Source of the DNA: Alphaproteobacteria bacterium
GTDB taxonomy: Bacteria > Pseudomonadota > Alphaproteobacteria > Rs-D84 > CACZYB01
Direction of reading: 5' to 3'
Length of the DNA: 64,000 bases
NCBI GenBank assembly: GCA_017938435.1
Contig: JAGBBO010000027.1
Coordinates: forward strand, 2,264 to 66,263
Shown here: positions 49,680 to 59,243 of the stretch, in pieces
Position numbering within the stretch: the first letter of the stretch is position 1
Layout: every line of letters starts with the position of its first letter
The notes under the pieces: model-generated
What the model was told of the DNA's origin: nothing
The model's database searches: none
What the model saw: the letters and a program-made list of their open reading frames with translations, nothing else
Program-made: the position numbers and the translations under genes

Positions 49680-51596
49680 ATGGCAAAAAAGGAAGCAAAA
49701 ACCGATTTGTGGGTATATAAATTATTAACTCAAGCAGATATTGAACTTGAACCTCAAGGAAGTTCCATTAAAGAAATTAATGAAGCATTAAAAACAGCCT
49801 CCAAAAAAGGAACAGGCAATGTCGGTTATCCTGAATATGTAGGTATTGTAAAAGATTTTATTTTAGTTATTGAAGATAAAGCTGATATTAATAAACATAT
49901 CAACAAAGAAAATGATATTATACTTCAAGACCCAAATTCATGTGTCGATTATGCAGTCAATGGAGCATTATTTTATGCAAAACATTTAATAAAAAATACA
50001 TCCTTTAAAAAAGTAATTGCATTTGGGATTTCAGGCAATCAAAAAATACATAAAATAAGCCCTATTTTCGTTGATACAACAGAATATTATAGGGAATTAC
50101 CAGATGTTGAATCCTTTATAAGTTTTAATGATAAAAACATTATGGAATATTACACCCATGAAATATTAAAGGAAGAGACAAACATTGAAAAGGAAACCGA
50201 GGAAATCCTAAAAGATGCAAGCCAACTTCATGAAGATTTAAGAAATTATGGAAATTTAACCGATACCGAAAAACCACTAGTAGTTTCAGGTATTTTACTT
50301 GCTTTGGATGAAGCTGAACAAGGAAATTTTTCCATTGATAATTTAACTGGGGATAGTATAAAAACTGATGGTCAAAAAATATACAATGCTATACAAGATA
50401 ATCTTAAGCGAGTTAGAGTTGCTCCTGATGTTAAAAGGGATAAAATATTATCACAATTTTCCGTAATAAAAGATGCTACGAAGTTAAATGAAAAGGATGA
50501 TACATTAGGTAAAACTCCTTTAAAATATTATGCAGAGTTTTTATATGAAAAAATTTATAAATCAATAAAATATAATAGTTCTGCAGAGGATTTTATCGGT
50601 CGTTTTTATGGCGAATTTATGAGTTATAGTGGTAATAATGGTCAAAGTTTAGGTATTGTTTTAACACCAAAACATATAACTCAATTATTCTGTGATTTAC
50701 TTGATTTACAATCTGACGATAAAATCCTTGACCCTTGTTGTGGAACTGGTGGTTTCCTTATTGCGGCAATGCATAACATGTTTGCAAAAGCAAAAAATCC
50801 TAATGAAAGGGAAAACATAAGACAAAATCAACTTTTTGGTTTTGAATTACAACCTTATATGTTTGCTATTGCAACAACAAATATGATTTTAAGGGGTGAT
50901 GGTAAGAGTAATTTACAATGTGAAGATTTCTTGAAACAACCAAGTAATAAACTTCAACTAAATGGTTGTAATGTTGGTATGATGAATCCTCCATACAGTC
51001 AAGGTTCAAAGAAAAATCCAAACCTTTATGAAATTGCATTTGTCGAACATTTGCTTGATTCACTTGTAAAAGGTGGAAAATGTGCTGTTATTGTCCCACA
51101 ATCATCTATGACCGGGAAATCAAAGGAAGAAGCAGCTATAAAACAAAATATATTAAAACATCATACATTGGAAGGTGTAATTACACTAAACAAAGATACA
51201 TTTTATGGTATCGGAACCATGCCTTGTATTGCTATATTTACAGCAGGGAAACCTCACGACAAAGACCATATTTGTAAATTTATCAATTTTGAAAATGATG
51301 GTTATAAAGTTGCTCCACATATTGGATTACTTGAAACCGAAAGTGCAAAAGATAAAAAACAACATTTACTTGATGTCTGGTTTGATAAAGTTAATGAAGT
51401 TCCAACAAAATTCTGTGTAAAAACGACAGTTGAAGATACTGACGAATGGTTGCACAGTTTTTATTATTTTAATGACGAAATCCCAACTGATGAAGATTTT
51501 GAAAAAACTGTTGGTGACTATTTATCATTTGAATTTTCAATGATTATGCAAGGCCGTAAATACCTTTTTGAAGAGGAGGATATTGAAAATGCTTAA
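49680..51596 (+). CDS. BcgI-A-like fused restriction endonuclease / N6-adenine methyltransferase subunit (Type IIB/IIG-like)
   Basis: N-terminal PEY-x13-IEDK (PD-(D/E)xK-like) region. Motif I LDPCCGTGGFL. Motif IV MMNPPYS. 638 aa (BcgIA is 637 aa). No separate HsdR nearby. Confidence 0.65.
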   Translation: MAKKEAKTDLWVYKLLTQADIELEPQGSSIKEINEALKTASKKGTGNVGYPEYVGIVKDFILVIEDKADINKHINKENDIILQDPNSCVDYAVNGALFYAKHLIKNTSFKKVIAFGISGNQKIHKISPIFVDTTEYYRELPDVESFISFNDKNIMEYYTHEILKEETNIEKETEEILKDASQLHEDLRNYGNLTDTEKPLVVSGILLALDEAEQGNFSIDNLTGDSIKTDGQKIYNAIQDNLKRVRVAPDVKRDKILSQFSVIKDATKLNEKDDTLGKTPLKYYAEFLYEKIYKSIKYNSSAEDFIGRFYGEFMSYSGNNGQSLGIVLTPKHITQLFCDLLDLQSDDKILDPCCGTGGFLIAAMHNMFAKAKNPNERENIRQNQLFGFELQPYMFAIATTNMILRGDGKSNLQCEDFLKQPSNKLQLNGCNVGMMNPPYSQGSKKNPNLYEIAFVEHLLDSLVKGGKCAVIVPQSSMTGKSKEEAAIKQNILKHHTLEGVITLNKDTFYGIGTMPCIAIFTAGKPHDKDHICKFINFENDGYKVAPHIGLLETESAKDKKQHLLDVWFDKVNEVPTKFCVKTTVEDTDEWLHSFYYFNDEIPTDEDFEKTVGDYLSFEFSMIMQGRKYLFEEEDIENA

Positions 51597-52116
51597 GTTA
51601 ACTGATAGGAAATGGAAAGAGTTTAAAGTTGGTGATTTATTTACTATTGAAAAATGTAAATGTTCAAATGCTTCATTATTTAATTCAGGTAATATTCCTT
51701 ATGTAGGAGCAACTAATAAAAATAATGGAACAATGAATTTTATAACAACTGATAAAAAGTATATAACAAAAGGAAATTGCTTAGTTTTTATTTGTGATGG
51801 TCAGGGGTCTGTTGGATATTCAATATATAAAAAGGAAAATTTTGTTGGTTCAACAACACTTAAAATAGGAAGGAATCCACTACTAAATGAACATAATGCA
51901 TTATTTTTCACAACATCACTTGATAAAAATAAAAATATATATAGTTATGGTTATAAAAGAAATGAAAACAGATTAAAAAATGAACATATTCTTCTTCCTG
52001 TAAATAACACAAATCTTCCCGATTATAAGTTTATGGAAGACTACATTAAGGAAGTTATGATAAGAAAACGTAAGGAATATATAAGCTATGCTGAATCCAA
52101 ACTAATGGGGGGGTAA
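51568..52116 (+). CDS. HsdS-like specificity subunit, N-terminal half (TRD1), truncated at a poly-G tract
   Basis: The HsdS target-recognition-domain-like sequence overlaps the upstream gene's end. Terminates at TAA immediately after G7. Confidence 0.7.
   Translation: MKRRILKMLKLTDRKWKEFKVGDLFTIEKCKCSNASLFNSGNIPYVGATNKNNGTMNFITTDKKYITKGNCLVFICDGQGSVGYSIYKKENFVGSTTLKIGRNPLLNEHNALFFTTSLDKNKNIYSYGYKRNENRLKNEHILLPVNNTNLPDYKFMEDYIKEVMIRKRKEYISYAESKLMGG
52107..52113 (+). repeat. homopolymeric G7 tract separating the two halves of the specificity gene
   Basis: Direct read: aatGGGGGGGtaa. A +1 G puts 51568..52649 in one frame with no intervening stop. Confidence 0.9.
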
Positions 52117-52232
52117 AATATCAGCAAATTCAAACACTTAGAGATAAAAAGTGGAAAGAATTTAGTATTATAAATTTATTTGATAGTATACAAAGAGGAA
52201 AACGTCTTATAAAGGATAATCAAACAAAAGGT

Positions 52233-52649
52233 ATGATACCTTATGTTTCATCAACTTCACTTAACAATGGTATTGATAATTTTATTTCCTATGAAAAATC
52301 ATCAATGAGGAAATTTAACAATTGTTTAAGCCTTGCAAACAGTGGTAGTGTTGGTTCAACTTTTTATGAACCATTTTCTTTTGTGGCAAGTGACCATATA
52401 ACTCATTTAAAAAATAAATCCTTTAATCAAAATACATATTTATTTTTAGCTTCCCTATGTAATCGTTTATCAAAAAAATATAATTTCAACAGAGAAATAA
52501 ATGATACAAGAATTTCAAGGGAAAAAATAATGCTTCCTGTAAATTCCGATGGAGAACCTGATTATAAATTCATGGAAGATTATATTTCAAATATAACATA
52601 TAATAAATATAATGATTATATAACCTATGCAAAATCACAAATTTGCTAA
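52233..52649 (+). CDS. HsdS-like specificity subunit, C-terminal half (TRD2); the frame is open upstream to about 52117
   Basis: Second TRD. It ends with the same DYKFMEDYI...YITYAKSQI conserved repeat as half 1. Confidence 0.65.
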   Translation: MIPYVSSTSLNNGIDNFISYEKSSMRKFNNCLSLANSGSVGSTFYEPFSFVASDHITHLKNKSFNQNTYLFLASLCNRLSKKYNFNREINDTRISREKIMLPVNSDGEPDYKFMEDYISNITYNKYNDYITYAKSQIC

Positions 52650-52675
52650 ACAACCTCATTCCAACAGGAATAAAG

Positions 52676-54187
52676 TTATTTCTTTGCCATAATCTTCTTC
52701 CACTTATCAAATTCAGGTTGAAGGAAGTCATAACTAAATTTTTCATACTCTTCTTTGATTTGTTTTAAACTAAAATTTGAGTAAGATTGTTCCATTGTAT
52801 CTTTACCTTCCCATCCAATGATTGCATTTATAATTGTTGGAATCAAACCTGCAGATTGCAAAGCCAAACTTGCATTTTTACGGAAAGAATGGAAATCATA
52901 ACCTTTGTCTTTTACACCTATTTCCTTAAAAAACTTAAATAAATATCTATCCAAATATTTATTATTATATTCACCACCACTAGTTAAAATTTTTGAAAGT
53001 ATAAAATCATCATTTTTCTTACTTTCCTTAATTTTTTTGAATTCAAAATATTCAACAAAACCAAGGTCTAGCAACTGTTTATGTATTGGAACAATTCGTT
53101 CCGATGCATCATTTTTCAAATGCTTTATAGCATGATTTTCTTTAAATTCAAAACAATACATACCATCTTTTACAATTATATCACCGTATTGCAAAGTTGT
53201 TGCTGCATTTGCACGGGCACCAGTAAATAAAGCAACTAAACAAATCCAAAATAATTCAGGATTATCCTTAAAAAATTCATGTTTTGGATTAAATATTTCC
53301 TTAAGTTGAACTTCACTATATGGCAAATGAGGTTGTCTTTCACTCTTTTTTGTTTTTTCAATTTTTGGCATAGATACAAGAATATTTTTCTTGTAAAAAT
53401 CAGGTTCAAGTTCACATGCAAAACAGACAAATTCCTTTATATATCTAAGTTTCTGACGCTTATTGTCGTTTTTTACATTAACATCATTAGCTATATCTTG
53501 TGAAATTTTATCAATAATATCTGTTTTATGAAAAGTTGAATAATCATCATCTGGAGATAAACCTAATTTTGTAAAAACTCCATTGAAAAAGTTAGTCTTA
53601 CGCTTAGTCTCAGCTTCACAATTATTTGCATTTTGAAGCATTTTTTCCAAAATGTACTTAAGTGTATGTTTAGGAGGTGTAATATTAGCATTACTTCCTG
53701 CAACAAATGGAATTCCACCTTGTTTTTCAATTAAATCTGCTAATTTCTTGAATTTTTCAAAATTTTCAACAACTTGCTTTTCTTGCCTATACTTTTCAAT
53801 ATTTGCATTTATATCAGAAAATACCTTCATAAACTCAATCAATGTTTCAGGCTTATTATTTTTTGATAAAACTAACTCATCAGGAATATTAAGCATAAAT
53901 CCATATCCCCCAAATACTGAAGATTGGTTTCGACGCCAATAAACATTAATTTGTGAATATAATTGACTGAGTTTATTAAACTTGTCATTAAAATCATTAA
54001 TTTCAACCATCTTAGCCAAAGCCTCATAATAATCATTTGTATATAAGGAATAGCACAAATAACGTCTTTTTCCTTCCACTCTTGGTAATTCCATTCTACA
54101 ATAAAAAAACCCATTCCTCAACCATAAATGTGGCTTAATTTTTGTTTTTGCCATACACTTTGCCATACAGTTGCTAAACATTTGCAA
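52676..54187 (-). CDS. tyrosine site-specific recombinase (phage-type integrase)
   Basis: C-terminal catalytic region with the R...HSFRKN...GW...Y pattern. 503 aa. Adjacent to the tRNA attachment site. Confidence 0.8.
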   Translation of the reverse strand: MQMFSNCMAKCMAKTKIKPHLWLRNGFFYCRMELPRVEGKRRYLCYSLYTNDYYEALAKMVEINDFNDKFNKLSQLYSQINVYWRRNQSSVFGGYGFMLNIPDELVLSKNNKPETLIEFMKVFSDINANIEKYRQEKQVVENFEKFKKLADLIEKQGGIPFVAGSNANITPPKHTLKYILEKMLQNANNCEAETKRKTNFFNGVFTKLGLSPDDDYSTFHKTDIIDKISQDIANDVNVKNDNKRQKLRYIKEFVCFACELEPDFYKKNILVSMPKIEKTKKSERQPHLPYSEVQLKEIFNPKHEFFKDNPELFWICLVALFTGARANAATTLQYGDIIVKDGMYCFEFKENHAIKHLKNDASERIVPIHKQLLDLGFVEYFEFKKIKESKKNDDFILSKILTSGGEYNNKYLDRYLFKFFKEIGVKDKGYDFHSFRKNASLALQSAGLIPTIINAIIGWEGKDTMEQSYSNFSLKQIKEEYEKFSYDFLQPEFDKWKKIMAKK

Positions 54188-54315
54188 AATCCCCTAACCT
54201 TTTTACAGCATCAAAAATGCTAAGTTATTGTTTTTACAAGTATTTTGCAAAAGATAAAAATTTAAACTTTATAAAAAGTTAAAATAAATAAGTGAGTAAA
54301 TTCAATGAGTTAAGT

Positions 54316-54406
54316 TGGTGCAGATGGCCGGAATCGAACCGGCACGGACGTTTAAATGTCCGAGGGATTTTAAGTCCCTTGCGTCTACCTGTTCCGCCAC
54401 ATCTGC
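54316..54406 (-). tRNA. tRNA-Leu (anticodon UAA), class II with long variable arm, encoded CCA
   Basis: Reverse complement folds as acceptor GCAGATG/CATCTGC, anticodon stem AGGGA/TCCCT with loop CTTAAAA (anticodon TAA), an 18-nt variable arm and T-loop GGTTCGATTCC. Confidence 0.85.
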
Positions 54407-54467
54407 ATAGGTAGAATTTCAAAACAAAATGTATTATAATACTTTCAAAGAATTTTTCAAGTAATTT

Positions 54468-55058
54468 TTAAACACATTTTACATTAGTAATATTTTTTGT
54501 TTCCGTATCATATTCAAACGAAAAACACGAACAATTTCCAATTCTTATTTGTTCGCCCAAAAATTTAAGTAATGCTATCTTTATAAATCCACCATGAGAA
54601 ACAAGTAAAATATTATCTTCATTATCAGGAATACTACTCATAAATTCCATAAACCTAGAAAAAACATCATCAAAACTTTCAGCATTAGGAAGTTTTCCTG
54701 AACCCACATCGTTTCCACCACTAAAAATAGCATCCAAAAGTTTCTTTGCATCTTGTGGTAATTCAGAATAAATTTGCCCTTCTGCATCACCAAAACAAAT
54801 TTCCCTTAACAACGGATGAACCTTTACACCAACACCAATATTTCTAGAAATAATGTCTGCTGTCATATTCGCCCGTTTAAGAGGACTTGAATAAATACAG
54901 TTCACCGGAATTTTCGATAAATGTTCAGATAATTTTTCTGCTTGTAAAATTCCCATTTCATTTAATGGAATATCTGTTGATCCCTGAATCTTACCAACCT
55001 TATTCCAATCTGTTTCACCATGGCGAACAAAATAAAAAGTCTTTAGCATAAAAAACAC
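54468..55058 (-). CDS. histidine phosphatase family protein (phosphoglycerate mutase-like)
   Basis: FYFVRHGETDWN (RHG motif). Confidence 0.75.
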   Translation of the reverse strand: MFFMLKTFYFVRHGETDWNKVGKIQGSTDIPLNEMGILQAEKLSEHLSKIPVNCIYSSPLKRANMTADIISRNIGVGVKVHPLLREICFGDAEGQIYSELPQDAKKLLDAIFSGGNDVGSGKLPNAESFDDVFSRFMEFMSSIPDNEDNILLVSHGGFIKIALLKFLGEQIRIGNCSCFSFEYDTETKNITNVKCV

Positions 55059-55059
55059 C

Positions 55060-56442
55060 CTATAACTTAAATTGACTTAAATCTGGCATATTTGCAAACT
55101 CACCACTATCTTGCATTTGCTTTGCCATAGCCATAAGTCCCTTTATACCACCCATACTATTCATCTGATCCATCATTGATTTTGTTTTTTGATATTGGCG
55201 AATAAGTTTTTCCACATCAGAAACAGAAACACCTGCACCCTTTGCAATACGCTTTTTTCGCCCCATCAAAATAATATCAGGATTGCGTCTTTCCTTTGAT
55301 GTCATAGAAAGAATTATTGCCTCCTGTCTTTTCATCATACCATCATTCATTCCCATAGATTGAAGTTTTTCAGCCAATCCACCAATACCAGGAAGAAATT
55401 TCATAATCCCAGCAATAGATCCCATTTTTTTCACTTGTTTAAACTGAGCAAGCATATCTTCAAAAGTAAATTGCCCAGCCATCATTCGTTCAGCAAGACG
55501 ACTTGCCTCCGCCTCATCAATTTTTTCTTGTGCCTTTTCAACCAACGAAACAATATCCCCCATACCAAGGATACGACTTGCAATTCTGTCTGGGAAAAAT
55601 AGTTCTAAATCATCAATTTTTTCACCACTTCCCAAAAACTTAACCGGCACACCGATACTTGCTTTCATAGAAAGTGCAGAACCACCCCTTGCATCACCAT
55701 CAACCCTTGTCATAACAATTCCAGTTAATGAAAGCACATCATTAAATGCCCTGGCGATATTTATACCGTCCTGACCTACCAAAGCATCAACACAAAGTAA
55801 AATTTCTGATGGCAAAATTTCTTTCTTTATTTTTGAAATTTCATCCATCATTTCATCATCAATACTTACACGACCAGCAGTATCAACCAAAACGACATCA
55901 TAATCATCAAAAACTTTCTTTGCGCGTTTTATAATATCAAAAGGAGTTTCATTTTGAATAATTGGTAAGGTATCAACCCCTATCCTTTCACCCCAAATGG
56001 AAAGTTGTTCCCTTGCCTGTGGTCGATAAACATCGGTCGAAAGCATAAGAACTTTTTTACCATATTTTTCAGTAATGAATTTCCCAAGTTTTGCCGTAGT
56101 TGTTGTCTTACCACTTCCATTAAGTCCAGCCATCAAAATGACATAAGGTTTTTTATCAAAAACAAAACCATCATTTTTTTCACCAAGCATTGAAACAAGT
56201 TCATCATTAACAATTTTCACAACTTGATTCGCAGGACTTACATCTTCAATAATTTTTTGCCCAACAGCTTTTTCTTCAATTCGTTTCAACAAATCTTTCA
56301 CGACCGAAAGGGAAACATCCGCTTCTAAAAGAGCAACCTTTATTTCCCTTAACGCATCCTTTACATCACCTTCTGAAAGTTTATCCTTTCCACGAATTGC
56401 ATCAAAAGTTTTAAGCAATTTTTTTGATAAAGATTCAAACAT
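55060..56442 (-). CDS. ffh: signal recognition particle protein Ffh
   Basis: N, G and M domains. GLNGSGKTTTTAKLG Walker A. Met-rich C-terminus. Confidence 0.95.
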   Translation of the reverse strand: MFESLSKKLLKTFDAIRGKDKLSEGDVKDALREIKVALLEADVSLSVVKDLLKRIEEKAVGQKIIEDVSPANQVVKIVNDELVSMLGEKNDGFVFDKKPYVILMAGLNGSGKTTTTAKLGKFITEKYGKKVLMLSTDVYRPQAREQLSIWGERIGVDTLPIIQNETPFDIIKRAKKVFDDYDVVLVDTAGRVSIDDEMMDEISKIKKEILPSEILLCVDALVGQDGINIARAFNDVLSLTGIVMTRVDGDARGGSALSMKASIGVPVKFLGSGEKIDDLELFFPDRIASRILGMGDIVSLVEKAQEKIDEAEASRLAERMMAGQFTFEDMLAQFKQVKKMGSIAGIMKFLPGIGGLAEKLQSMGMNDGMMKRQEAIILSMTSKERRNPDIILMGRKKRIAKGAGVSVSDVEKLIRQYQKTKSMMDQMNSMGGIKGLMAMAKQMQDSGEFANMPDLSQFKL

Positions 56443-56459
56443 AAACTACTCCAAAATTA

Positions 56460-58073
56460 CTAATTTATTGCACTTGGTTTTACATCAGCGCCAAATATTT
56501 CTTTTATACCCAAAATTTCATCAACAAGCACATAAATATCTTTTAAATATTCGCGTGCTGACATTGAAAATTTAGAACTATCACTTTCATATTTTTCAAT
56601 ATAAAGTCTGATTGTTGCACCAACAGTTCCAGTTCCAGAAAGTCTAAAGAAAATTCTAACATTATCTTTTGTTAAAATTTGAACACCCTGAGCCTTTGAA
56701 ACTTCACCATTTACTGGATCGGTATAATCAAAAACTTCCTTCTTTGCTATTTCAAAATTACCATATTTTTTGCCATCAAGATCAATAGCTTTCATATCTT
56801 CCCAAAGTTTTGTTGCCTTTTCTTTATCAACCCCTTCATAACTGTATTGAGAATAGAAAATACGACCATTTTCATTCCACATTTCACGAACTAATTCTTC
56901 AACAGATTTTCCAGTAATTGCCAAAATATTAAGCCAGAAAAGTATTGCAAAAATACCATCTTTTTCACGAATATAATCACCACCTTGACCAAAACTTTCT
57001 TCACCACAAAGATTTATTTTTCCAGCGTCAAGCAAACTTGCAAAAAACTTCCAACCAGTAGGTGTATTATAAACATCAAGCCCCATCTCTTTTGCAACTT
57101 TATCAACTGCACTTGATGTAGGAATTGACCGAGCCACACCCGAAAGTCCATTTTTATAATATGGAACAAGTTTATGATACTTTGTCATAATTGCTAAACA
57201 ATCAGATGGAATAACATAGAATTTATTTCCTAATATCATATTTCTGTCACCATCACCATCACATGCACAACCAAAATCAGCCTGACCTGCCATCATATCA
57301 TCAAAGAAATCCTTTGCATAAGTAGGATTTGGTTCAGGATGAACCCCACCAAAATCATCCATTGGCACAGAATTCAAAATCCATTCACGCTTTGCACCAA
57401 GTCTATTTACAAAAATTTCAATCGCTGCTGGACCAGTCGAAGCATTCATTGCATTAAATCTAAATGTATGACCAGCCTTAAACCAACCACGAATTGCATC
57501 AAAATCAAACATAGATTCCATTAAATCAGCATAATCTTTTATTGGATCAAGATATTCAACTTCACTCATATTCAAAGCATCATCATCTGAAATATCCAAA
57601 GTCAAATATTCTGATATAACTTTTGTTTCTTCATAAATTGCATCAGTGATAACCTCCGGAGCACCACCACCATTTGCCATTTCAACTTTTATACCAAAAT
57701 CGCCATTTATTCCACCAGGATTATGTGATGCAGAAAGAATAAAACCACCATCTGCATTGTATTTTTTTATAATGTTTGAAATTGCAGGGGTCGGAGAAAC
57801 CAAATCACGACCAACAACCAAAACCTTTTTAATTCCATTAGCAACAAGTATTTTTATTATTTTGCCAAGTATCAATTTTCCAGGATATCTTCCATCCCCA
57901 CCGACAACCCAACTTTCAAGTTTATCGCCATTATTTTTTCTAACAGTAATAGATGCTTGAACAAAATTTTCAAGATAGTTTGGTTCCATAAAAACTTTTG
58001 TTTGTTTTCTAAGTCCACCAGTTCCTGGTTTTTGATTTTCAAAAGGTTTTGTTTCAACTTTTACAATAGTCAT
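56460..58073 (-). CDS. phosphoglucomutase (alpha-D-phosphohexomutase family)
   Basis: Active-site SASHNPGG motif. 537 aa. Confidence 0.85.
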   Translation of the reverse strand: MTIVKVETKPFENQKPGTGGLRKQTKVFMEPNYLENFVQASITVRKNNGDKLESWVVGGDGRYPGKLILGKIIKILVANGIKKVLVVGRDLVSPTPAISNIIKKYNADGGFILSASHNPGGINGDFGIKVEMANGGGAPEVITDAIYEETKVISEYLTLDISDDDALNMSEVEYLDPIKDYADLMESMFDFDAIRGWFKAGHTFRFNAMNASTGPAAIEIFVNRLGAKREWILNSVPMDDFGGVHPEPNPTYAKDFFDDMMAGQADFGCACDGDGDRNMILGNKFYVIPSDCLAIMTKYHKLVPYYKNGLSGVARSIPTSSAVDKVAKEMGLDVYNTPTGWKFFASLLDAGKINLCGEESFGQGGDYIREKDGIFAILFWLNILAITGKSVEELVREMWNENGRIFYSQYSYEGVDKEKATKLWEDMKAIDLDGKKYGNFEIAKKEVFDYTDPVNGEVSKAQGVQILTKDNVRIFFRLSGTGTVGATIRLYIEKYESDSSKFSMSAREYLKDIYVLVDEILGIKEIFGADVKPSAIN

Positions 58074-58144
58074 AGTTATCTCCTTTATTATTTATAATAT
58101 AGGAAATAACATAACACCTTTTAAAATGATAAGCAAGAAAGTTT

Positions 58145-59200
58145 TTATCTTAGGATATTACACCAATCTTTATTTGCTTTCATTTGATTGCAAAGATTCT
58201 CAAGTTTTGCCTCATCCCCTGTAAGATAAAGTCTATAAAACATTCCCTTTTCCGGCACATTTTCGTATTTTATAGAATATTTCAAAAGTGTAATCAATGG
58301 ATATTTTTCTTTCCAAAAAGTTATTCCTTTTTCCGCACTATCCTTTGTCGAATACGATGCAATATGTGCAGTCAAAATATCCTTACTTTCCTCTAAAGGT
58401 TCTACTTTTTTCACCGCAATAGGTGTAGAAATAGTTCTAGGTAAATCTTCTTTACTTTCAACTTTTTCATTAACCAATAAATCCGAAGTTTTTATTTCCT
58501 CAGTTTTCTGTTTTTCTTCAACCTTTACCTCTTGTTTTTTAGGTTTATTAACAAGCAATGGATAATTTACAACATTATCAGCCTTTTCATCTATTACATT
58601 TGAAAATATAATATCTGTTCCATCATATTTTTTCTCTGGAACTTGTTTTAAAACAAACGGTTCATCAATTTTCTTTTCTTCACTCTGTTTAACTTCTTCA
58701 ATTTTTGGTGCAACATTGATATTCGATTTATTTTCTTCATCATCAGAAAGTAAATCATAACCTTCATCATCATTTACATCAGGAATAAACAAAGCCTGTT
58801 TTAATTCTTCCTTTGCTTCGTCCATGGCCTTTTTATCCTCTTCTGGAAAAGCCGGTTGAACTACGAAAACTGGTTTTACTGATTCTTTAACAATATTTTT
58901 TTGTTCGACATTTACAATTTTATCTTTTTCAATTCTTATTGGTTCACCTAATGATTCTTTTTTAGGTTCATCTGTTTTCACAATAAGATTTGTATCATCC
59001 GATTTTTTCTCATCAATAATAGTATTTTGTTCCTCATTTTTGCTAATTGATTTTAGAGACATCAAACTATGCCTTTGATCAAAATCAGATACCTGCTCTT
59101 TTATCTCATCAAACGGTTTATTATAATCAACCTTATCAGCAGAAAAAACATTCGATGAAACAAGCAACATTGAAAAAATAATAAGCAAACTTTTTTTCAT
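58145..59200 (-). CDS. SPOR-domain protein with Lys/Glu-rich periplasmic linker
   Basis: Signal/TM N-terminus. C-terminal SPOR-like fold (FYRLYLTG...C...C). Confidence 0.5.
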   Translation of the reverse strand: MKKSLLIIFSMLLVSSNVFSADKVDYNKPFDEIKEQVSDFDQRHSLMSLKSISKNEEQNTIIDEKKSDDTNLIVKTDEPKKESLGEPIRIEKDKIVNVEQKNIVKESVKPVFVVQPAFPEEDKKAMDEAKEELKQALFIPDVNDDEGYDLLSDDEENKSNINVAPKIEEVKQSEEKKIDEPFVLKQVPEKKYDGTDIIFSNVIDEKADNVVNYPLLVNKPKKQEVKVEEKQKTEEIKTSDLLVNEKVESKEDLPRTISTPIAVKKVEPLEESKDILTAHIASYSTKDSAEKGITFWKEKYPLITLLKYSIKYENVPEKGMFYRLYLTGDEAKLENLCNQMKANKDWCNILR

Positions 59201-59243
59201 ATTCCCTCCAAAAGAAACAAATTCTTGTGTTAATCATAAAAAT

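Larger units (their letters stand above)
43563..54332. mobile_element. about 10.8 kb integrative genomic island in tRNA-Leu(UAA), carrying integrase, hipBA, DNA methyltransferases and an RM system
   Basis: Bounded by the 37-bp direct repeat. A tyrosine integrase is adjacent to the intact tRNA. Cargo is typical of defence/mobile islands. Confidence 0.8.
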
